Assembly: GCF_004010195.1 (NCBI RefSeq)
Contig: NC_057755.1
Location: forward strand, 9,339,306-9,401,305
Direction: 5' to 3'
Source of the DNA: Chiloscyllium plagiosum
Lineage: Eukaryota
DNA: 62,000 bases
The notes under the pieces are model-generated. The model saw only the letters and a list, made by a program, of their open reading frames with translations, had not been told where the DNA came from and searched no databases. Positions 54,153 through 62,000 of this stretch are shown piece by piece (position 1 is the first letter of the stretch; every line of letters starts with the position of its first letter). Position numbers and translations under genes: made by a program.

Positions 54153-54305
54153 TTGTAAGCAAGACACATGAGAAGAATATTGACTCAATATTTTTTCTCT
54201 CTCGAATAACAACACTGAAATGAAATTTCAATTGTAAACCAAGTTCATTTGCCTGGGGAGAAAAAAGGAATTTCCTGACTGTCTGTCATAGCATAACAAT
54301 TAGTA

Positions 54306-56600
54306 CATGCGTAGGACACAAAACATTACAGTGATGAACAGGCCCTTCGGCACTCGATGTTGCGCCAACCTGTGGAAACAATCTGAAGCCTATTTATCCT
54401 CCACTATTTTATATTTTCATATATATGTTCATCCAATTATTATGCAAATACCCTGAAAGTTGGCGGGTCTACTACTGGTGCAGGTAGTACCTTCCGAGCC
54501 CATATTACTCTGAGTAAATAAACTACCTCTGACATTTGAGCGATACCTAGCACCACTCAATTTAAAGCTATGTCTCCTTGTCGTAGACATCACTGCCTGA
54601 GAGAAAGGACTTGCACTGGCCACCTTATCTAAAACTCTGATTATCTTATATGTCGCAATTATGGCACCTCTCAACCTTCTTCTCTGTAACAAAAGCAGCG
54701 TGAAGTCCCTCCACCTTTCCTCATAAAAGGTTCCCTCTGTACCATGCAATTTCCTCGTAAATGTCATCTGAACCGTTTGCAAAGCTTCCACAGCCTTCGT
54801 ATCATGCGGTGAGCAGAACTGCACGCAACACTCCAAGTGGAGCTGCACCAGAGTTTTGTACAGCTACAGTGTGACCTCGTTGATCCAAAACTCAAACTCT
54901 CGAATAATAATAGCTAACAAACTGTATGCCTTCTTAACAATCCCATCAAACTTGTTGTCAACTTTCGGGCATCTATGTGCACAGACACCGACATTTCTCT
55001 GCTCATCCACTCGAGCAAGAGCCTTACCATTAGTCCAATACTCTTTATTCCTGTTGCTCCAGATAAAGTGAATTACCTCACGCTATTCCACATCACACTC
55101 CATTTGCCACCTCTCAGCCCAGCTCTGCAGTTTATCCATCCCCCTCTGTAACCTGCAACATCCTTCAGCGCTCTCCAGAAATCCATCACCCTTGGGGTCA
55201 TCCGCAAATTTACTAACCCATCCTTCTACTCCATCACCGAGTTCATTTGTAAAACACATGCCAATCAGCAGTCGACCGAAAACAGATCCTTGTGGTACAC
55301 CTGAAGTGACTGAACTCCAGGATGAACATTTCCAATCAAACACCGCTCTGTCTTCTTGCATCTAACCAATATCTGATCGAAATTGGTAAATTACCATCAA
55401 TCTCATGCCTCCATATTTTGTGCACTGTCCTACCGTGGGGAAACTTATCAAACGCCTTAGCGAAATTCATATACAATACATCAACCACTATCTCCTTATC
55501 CATCTGCTTGGTCACTATCTGTTTGGCACAGTGGTTAGCACTGCTGGCACACATTGCCAGGGACCCAGGATTGATTCCTGCCTCGGGCGACTGTCTGCGT
55601 ACAGTTTGCACATTCTCCCTGTGTCTACGTGGGCTTCCTCCCAAGATGCAAAAATATGCAAGCCATGTGAATTGACCATGATAAGTTGCTTGCACTGCTA
55701 GGTATATTAGGCAGAGGAAATGTTAGGCAGGGGACATTTACATTTTCCATAATGACTAACACCTCTTCCTTCTGAACCTCAATCCCGTCCAATCTACTCA
55801 CCAGTTTCTCAATATTCTCATCGACAAGAATTTTTTTTTTTAACTTGTGTGAAGACTGACGAAAAATATTCATTTAGCGCTTCCCCATCTTCTCGGACTC
55901 CATGTAGAACTTTATACTACTATCTTTGATTGGCCGTAATCACTCTCTTGTCATTATTTTAGTCCTGATACACATATACATAGCTTTAGGGTTTTCTTTG
56001 ATTCTATCTACCAACGATTTCTCCTGTCAACTTCTGGCCTTTTTAGTTCTCTCTTTAGTCTTTCGTGGGTAACTTGTAACTTTCAAGCGCCCTAATTGAG
56101 CCTTCATGTCTCAGCCTAACATATGCCTTCTTGTCCTCTTGACATGAGATTCAACTTATTTTGTTAACCAAGGCTTTCTCGCTCGACCACTTCACCCCTG
56201 CCTGACAGGTGCATATTTATCATGACATGAAGTATCGCTTCCTTGAATAACCTCTGCATTTCAATTGTGTCCATCCTTTGCAGTTGCCGTCCCCATCACC
56301 TGCATTCCAAATCTTGCCTTGCCACAGCAATATTTCTTGTCTTATGAAATGTACCTCTGCCTTTCCATCGCTAAACTAAACATATCCGAATTGTGGCCAT
56401 TGTCACCAAAATGCGCACCTGGCTAGGTTCATTACTCGTTACCACACCAATGCGGCCTTGTCTCTTGTTGGCTTGCCTACGCACTACCTCAGACAACCAT
56501 CACATTGTAAAAAAAAACCTCACTCACATAAAGTGCTCTAACTATAGTATTTCCAGACAATCTTTGGAAACTTAAAGATCCCATAACAACGACCCTGTTC
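54306..56600 (-). mobile_element. CR1 LINE with inserted V-SINE (about 55525-55735, +) splitting the intron-side flank of locus E; copy 3
   Basis: HLECCVQFCSP, SGVPQGSVFG and SKFADDPK. The flank homologous to 32450-32590 resumes at 56601; possible TSD ATTAGTA (54299-54305) / ATTTGTA (56601-56607). Confidence 0.88.
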
Positions 56601-57164
56601 ATTTGTAATCACAATCTTCCCCAAATGACACACATTTTGATAAACAATTTTAATGTTGCGGTCATGAATGTGTGGGAAAATCATAGATTCAAAGAGAAAT
56701 ACAGCAGAGAAAATGGACCAGTAGTACATCAAGACTTCAGTAGTCTAAAACAGCCACCGAAGTATTCTACTACCATTTTCCAGCACATGTGTCAGAAGCC
56801 TTGCATGCATTGGCTTTGTAAAAACACATTTAAGTATTTTTCAAATGAAAAAGTGGCTTCGCCTCTGACAGTCTTAGTTACTGAGTTCGAAATTTCCATC
56901 ACCCTCAGAATTAAAATATGTTCGTCTAATTTTCAAACTTTGTTTGCCATTAACTTACGTCTTGGACCCATGGTCACTGATACTTCTGATAATGGGAAGA
57001 ATGTCTTCCGGTCTACCTACCAATGTCAATGAAACTTCTATGCCTTTCAAACTTGTCTACTCCCAACCTCGTCCACTCCAATGCTTGCGCTACCAATCAA
57101 ACCACCTACCTCTCTGCATAAGTCATTGTGTCGAGCTCAGGCAACATTCTGTTAAATCTCTTCG

Positions 57165-58887
57165 GGATCAATCATGTTTCAAAATCTTGATTGAGTTTTT
57201 TTTGAAGAAGTAACAAAGAGTATTGATGAGGACAGAACAGTAGATGTGATCTATGTGGACTTCAGTAAGGCGTTCGACAAGATTCCACATGGGAGACTGA
57301 TTAGCAAGACTAGATCTCATGGAATACAGGGAGAACTAGCCATTTGGATACAAAACTGGCTCTAAGGTAGAAGACAGAGGGTGATGGTAGAGGTTTGTTT
57401 TCCAGACTGGAGACGTGTGACCAGTGGAGTGCCACAAGGAACAGTGCTGGTTCCTCAACTTGTTGTCATTTACATAAGCGATTCGTATGCGAGCGTAAGA
57501 GGTACAGTTAGTAAGTTTGCAGATAACACCAAAATTGGAGGTGTTGTGGGCAGCGAAGAATGTTACCTCAGATTAACAGGATCTTGACCAGATGGGCCAA
57601 TGGACTGAGAAGTGGCAGATGGCGTGGTGCTGAACAAAGAGACCCTGAAGTGCAGGTTCATAACTCCTTGAAAGTGGAGTCACAGGTAAATAGGATAGTG
57701 AAGAAGGCGGATGGTATGCTTTCCTTTATTGGGCAGAGTATTGAGTACATGAGTCGGGAGGTCATGTTGCGGCTGTACAGGACATTGAGTAGGCCCTGTT
57801 GGAATATTGCGTGCAATTCTGGTCTCGTTTCGATTGGAAAGAGGTTGTGAAACTTAAAAGGCATCAGAAAAGATTTACAAGGATGTTGCCAGGGTTGGAG
57901 GATTTGAGGTAGAGGGAGAGGCTGAAAAGGCTCGAGCTGCCTTCCCTGGAGGGTCGGAGACTGAGGGGTGACCTTATAGACCTTTACAAAAGTATGAGGG
58001 GCATAGGACATAGAACAATACAGCATAGAACAGGCCCTTCGGCCCACGATGTTGTGCCGAACATTTGTCCTAGCTTACACACCCATCAATGTACCTATCC
58101 AATTGCCGCTTAAAGGTCGCCAATGATTCTGACTCTGCCACTCCCACAGGCAGCGCATTCCATGCCCCCACCGCTCTCTGGGCAAAGAACCTACCCCTGA
58201 CATCCTGATCATCATATTAACCTCTATCAAGTCACCGCTCATCCTTCGCCATTCCAATGAGAAAAGCCTAGCGCTCTCAACCTATCCTCGTATGACCTAT
58301 TCTCCATTCCAGGCAACATCGTGGTAAATCTTCTCTGCACCCTCTCCAAAATTCCACACCTTTCCTAAAGTGAGGCGACCAGAACTGCACACAGTACTCC
58401 AAATGTGGCCTAACCAAGGTCCTGTACAGATGCAACATTACTTCACGACTCTTGAATTCAATCCCTCTGGTAATGAACGCTAATACACCATAGGCCTTCT
58501 TACAAGCTCTTACAAGCTCTATCGACCTGAATGGCAACTTGCAAAGATGGGCATGGATAGGATAAATAGGCAAAATCTTTTCCCTGGGATCGGGTAATCC
58601 ACATCTAGAGGGCATAGGTTTAGGTTGAGAGGGGCGTCCTAAGGGGCAACTTTTTCACGCAGAGGGTCGTCCGTGTCTGGATTGAGCTGCCAGAGGAAGT
58701 GGTGGAGGCTGGTAAAATTGCAACATTTAAGAGTCATTTAGATGGGTATATGAATAGGAAGGGTTTGGAGGGATATGTGCCGGGTGCTGGCATGTGGGAC
58801 TAATTGGGTTGGGATATCTGGTTGGCATGGACGGTTTTGACCGAAGGATCTGTTTCCATGCTGTACATCTCTACGACTCTGACTCTA
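57165..58887 (+). mobile_element. 5'-truncated CR1 LINE with an internal deletion and a nested inverted CR1
   Basis: SGVPQGTVL and SKFADNTK; 3' UTR and CTCTACGACTCTGACTCT tail. Confidence 0.9.
58005..58548 (-). mobile_element. Nested CR1 3' fragment
   Basis: KKAYGVLAFITRGIEFKSREVMLHLYRTLVRPHLEYCVQFWSP; TSD GGGCAT at 57999-58004 and 58549-58554. Confidence 0.9.
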
Positions 58888-59146
58888 ATTCTGGGGATTC
58901 TACAACTGCGCACTGTACAAAGTTTCCAAACGTAGTTTGTCTATTTCAGTCGCACGTTTACTTTAGTGACATTAAAAATCCACCAACAGTTTTTGTTTCA
59001 CAATACTGATGTGGTCTGTTTGCCCATTTGAAAGAACATTGAATTTAAAAAGTGCCAGCATTATCTCCCTGATTGAGCTTTGACTTCATTATTCTGTGCC
59101 TGTGATTGAGATTACACCAAAAAGGAGATATGATGTGGGAGTGCCG

Positions 59147-59246
59147 GTTTGAACAGGAACTCAAAAACCTCAGCATGTCTCCGGCTTCATCTGCAAGAGA
59201 GGCTGGATTTCCAAAGACTCCTCGATAATAATTCAGATTTACGAAT
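59147..59246 (-). pseudogene. Isolated ECL3-TM7 fragment of a GPR139-like GPCR (locus F)
   Basis: Reads FVNLNYYRGVFGNPASLADEAGDMLRFLSSCSN, matching loci D and G. Confidence 0.8.
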
Positions 59247-60122
59247 ATAATTTATTCAAATTGATGTGAATGAAATCATGAAATTCATCGAAGTATAATT
59301 GAAATTATAAACAATAAATCATGATTACTCATATGTCGGCTGTTTAGCATCTCGAACCTGCTGTTTCTTTTTATTGGAACATTGCTGATCTGACTCTACC
59401 CATATCCACTAAGCAAGTAATACAGAACTTAGGAACAGGTGGAAGTCTGTTCACTCATTTAAAATCTGAAAGGAAACACAGGGCACGCTTATCAAACAGA
59501 GGATGGTGTATGAATGGAATGACCTGACAGTGGATGTGATGGAGGCTGGTAAATTACAACATTTGTAATGCAACTGGGTAGCATATGAAAAGAAGTGCTT
59601 CAATGGATATGGGAACAAGTTTTGGCAAATGATTGGCCTATCTGAGTGGCATGAGTGACTTGGACTAAGGTGTCTATTTCCTTGCTGTAGATCTCTATGA
59701 ATCTGTTCCTCTACTGACATCGGGTTTGACCTGTGGACTTATTCCATACTTCAGCCTTTGGTCCATCTCCATTCATGCATTTGCTTTACAAACAATATTG
59801 AACTCAGGTGTAAAATTACCGTTCGCTCAAATATCCACTTTCATTTATAGTTGGAAACGCGCCCTAACAACTTTCCTGAACGGTATGACAGCAAATCTCA
59901 TACTATGCCCTTCTATCTAGAATCTGCAACCAGTGGAAATGCTGTACCTTTATCAAACCTATTTTCACTAATTGTATCCGTCAAGACTTGAATCAGATTA
60001 CCTCTTAACTCCCCTAAGAAACCAGACTTACGTTGTAAATTTCGACTCATAATCCCTAAACCTCAGTGACCAGAATTGCAAACATACGTAGTATTCAGGC
60101 CAAGGCAAACATGTTCTTGTTA

Positions 60123-60420
60123 AGGGCAGTACTCAGTGGTTAGCACTGCTGCATCACAGCGCCAGGAACCTGAGTTCGTTTTTTGCCTTGGGTGACTGCC
60201 TGTGTGGAGTTTGCACATTCTCCCCGCGTCTGTTCTGCAGTTTTCTACCACAATTCAAAGATGTGCAGGTCAGATGAATTGGTTATGCTAAATGGACCAT
60301 AGTGTCAGGTGCATTAATAAGGGGTAAATATAAGGTAGGAGAATAGTTTTGGGTGGGTTAGTCTTCGCTGGGTTTGTGTGGCCTGTTGGGACAAATGGCT
60401 TGTTCCATACTGTAGAGAAG
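60123..60420 (+). mobile_element. HE1-like V-SINE
   Basis: CAGTGGTTAGCACTGCTGCATCACAGCGCCAGG head and V-domain TGTGTGGAGTTTGCACATTCTCCCC. Confidence 0.85.
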
Positions 60421-60907
60421 ATAATTTAAAACTTGATGCCCTGGTGAGGGATAACTGTAGAATGACTTAACCCCTCGTAAACCCTATCCCTCTCGCAATA
60501 AAGGGCAAAGTTACATTAGTCGGATTATTTTCTGCACCTATTTGTGACACTAAAACATAAACACTTAGACTCGATGTCTTATAATTGCTCGCCACATTAA
60601 TGAAAAAAAACTGTCTCTTTCGATGTAGCTTATCATTGAAACCATTAAAACTGAAAAGCGTAGACATGTTAGGAAAAGAGGACAGAATGACTGAAATATC
60701 ATCGTGACTTTGAAAGAGGAAGATGGAGGCCCTTGACGGCAAAAGGCAGCCAAGCGAAATATACTGGAGTAGTGAATATAGTGAATAGTGATGAGAGTCA
60801 ATGCATTGTCAGTGTGTGGTAGTGTACTCATAACATAAGGCTAAGGGTTCTTAGAAACCGAGACATCTTTGCATGTTGATGGTTCACTTTTTTTTAAGCA
60901 GGGAGGT

Positions 60908-61527
60908 CAAATGATCCCATCACTTTCAAAGTTGATTTTTGTCCTTTTTTATGAAGGAAGCTTCAGACAGACATGCGAAGTATCTACTCAAAACTAATTA
61001 AAGAAATAGCTCGTGAGGGTTTGATGCATTTTAGTTGGAGCTATGCAAGCAACGTGAATGGTAGGGTCAATCTCCCACAGAATCAAGATTAATACTGATG
61101 TTGGATTCTTCAAGCTGGATGGGGAAGCTGGATGTTCTTTCTCTGTATGTCACAGCTAACTACTGGAGTTCTTTTCCTGCTGCTAAAATTACACGTGAGA
61201 CAATCCTTTTCAATGAATTTGCCTTTGCTAAGGGTGTGTTGATGGGATGCTTTGATATTGGAATAGTTGATTAGTCGACACACATACAATCCTAAATGTT
61301 TTCTGTTTTTATTCAGAACATCCTTATAGAATCACAATTAAGCCAATTCTATTCCATTAGTTTTATTTTGTCTGTATTTCAATTGTAGTCCAACATGGAA
61401 GTGTTTTTTCTATAGTGAGAAATTTAATGAAATTACATCTGAAAAACACTTGCTTTTAAAATAAAAAAAGTTAGGGAAGAACTATTGTCTTAATGTAGTT
61501 TGAGTGGGGTTGTTCCAGTTCATAATA
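60908..61527 (+). mobile_element. Decayed Gypsy-type LTR
   Basis: PPT-like TAAGCAGGGAGG upstream; paralogous to 48490-49156. Confidence 0.65.
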
Positions 61528-61760
61528 TATGAAATGTTTTTCTAAAATGAAGAAATATCATGACCCATCAGTAATGACTAGACAAATGTGAAAATATGGA
61601 AATGAACAGATATCACGTTATTGATGAAGGCAAGAAAGACTGATGAACACTATTTTTTTCTCTCCATTTATGATCTTTATGCAGACATGATAAGAAAACT
61701 TCGGTATCATTGAATTCACGAGTGATCTTGACATTTTTTTGGGCCAATAAACATTCAAAT

Positions 61761-62000
61761 TCACCTTCCTTTCATTTTTAAGCATTTTACAGTGAATGAA
61801 CAGGATAATTTGAGTATATACATCAGCTCTTTTCTGAATTTCCTCTGGGTTACTGCGTAAATACATGTGTTTGAACAGGAACTCAAATACCTCAGCATGG
61901 CTCCAGTTTCGACTGCAATATATCCTGGATTTCCAGGGTCTCCTCGGTAATAATTGGGATTTGTTATTCTGGTCATTACAAGGTTTATCACAGTTGTCAT
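61761..62000 (-). CDS. 3' end (TM6 end, ECL3, TM7, helix 8) of another GPR139-like GPCR (locus G), continuing beyond the window
   Basis: Uninterrupted TRITNPNYYRGDPGNPGYIAVETGAMLRYLSSCSNTCIYAVTQRKFRKEL...*; upstream intactness unknown. Confidence 0.8.
   Translation of the reverse strand: MTTVINLVMTRITNPNYYRGDPGNPGYIAVETGAMLRYLSSCSNTCIYAVTQRKFRKELMYILKLSCSFTVKCLKMKGR

Noticed and set aside
1..62000. CRISPR array or prokaryotic defence/operon system
   Set aside because: No regularly spaced repeat-spacer array and no dense gene packing; all RT and nuclease motifs belong to eukaryotic retroelements.

Overview
Eukaryotic, repeat-rich vertebrate DNA, most likely from a shark (inferred from HE1/V-SINEs, CR1 LINEs and the receptor family). 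The gene content is a minus-strand tandem array of class A GPCRs resembling the GPR139-like family that is expanded in cartilaginous fishes. One gene appears complete and has two exons. Exon 1 (28843-28912) is missing from the ORF track and sits behind a TATA box, Inr and strong Kozak context; exon 2 is 16276-17189; the predicted protein is 327 aa. Four exon-2 pseudogenes, one isolated TM7 fragment and an open 3' end running off the right edge complete the array. The 11.6-kb intron holds a decayed Gmr1-type Gypsy LTR retrotransposon (integrase before RT, SCAN-like gag) with a nested solo LTR and a 500-N gap. The rest is CR1 LINEs (one near full length), V-SINEs, Penelope-like GIY-YIG remnants whose terminal repeats carry decayed hammerhead-ribozyme motifs, and old and recent segmental duplications. 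There are no prokaryotic features or CRISPR arrays. All calls come from reading the sequence by eye; no searches were run.
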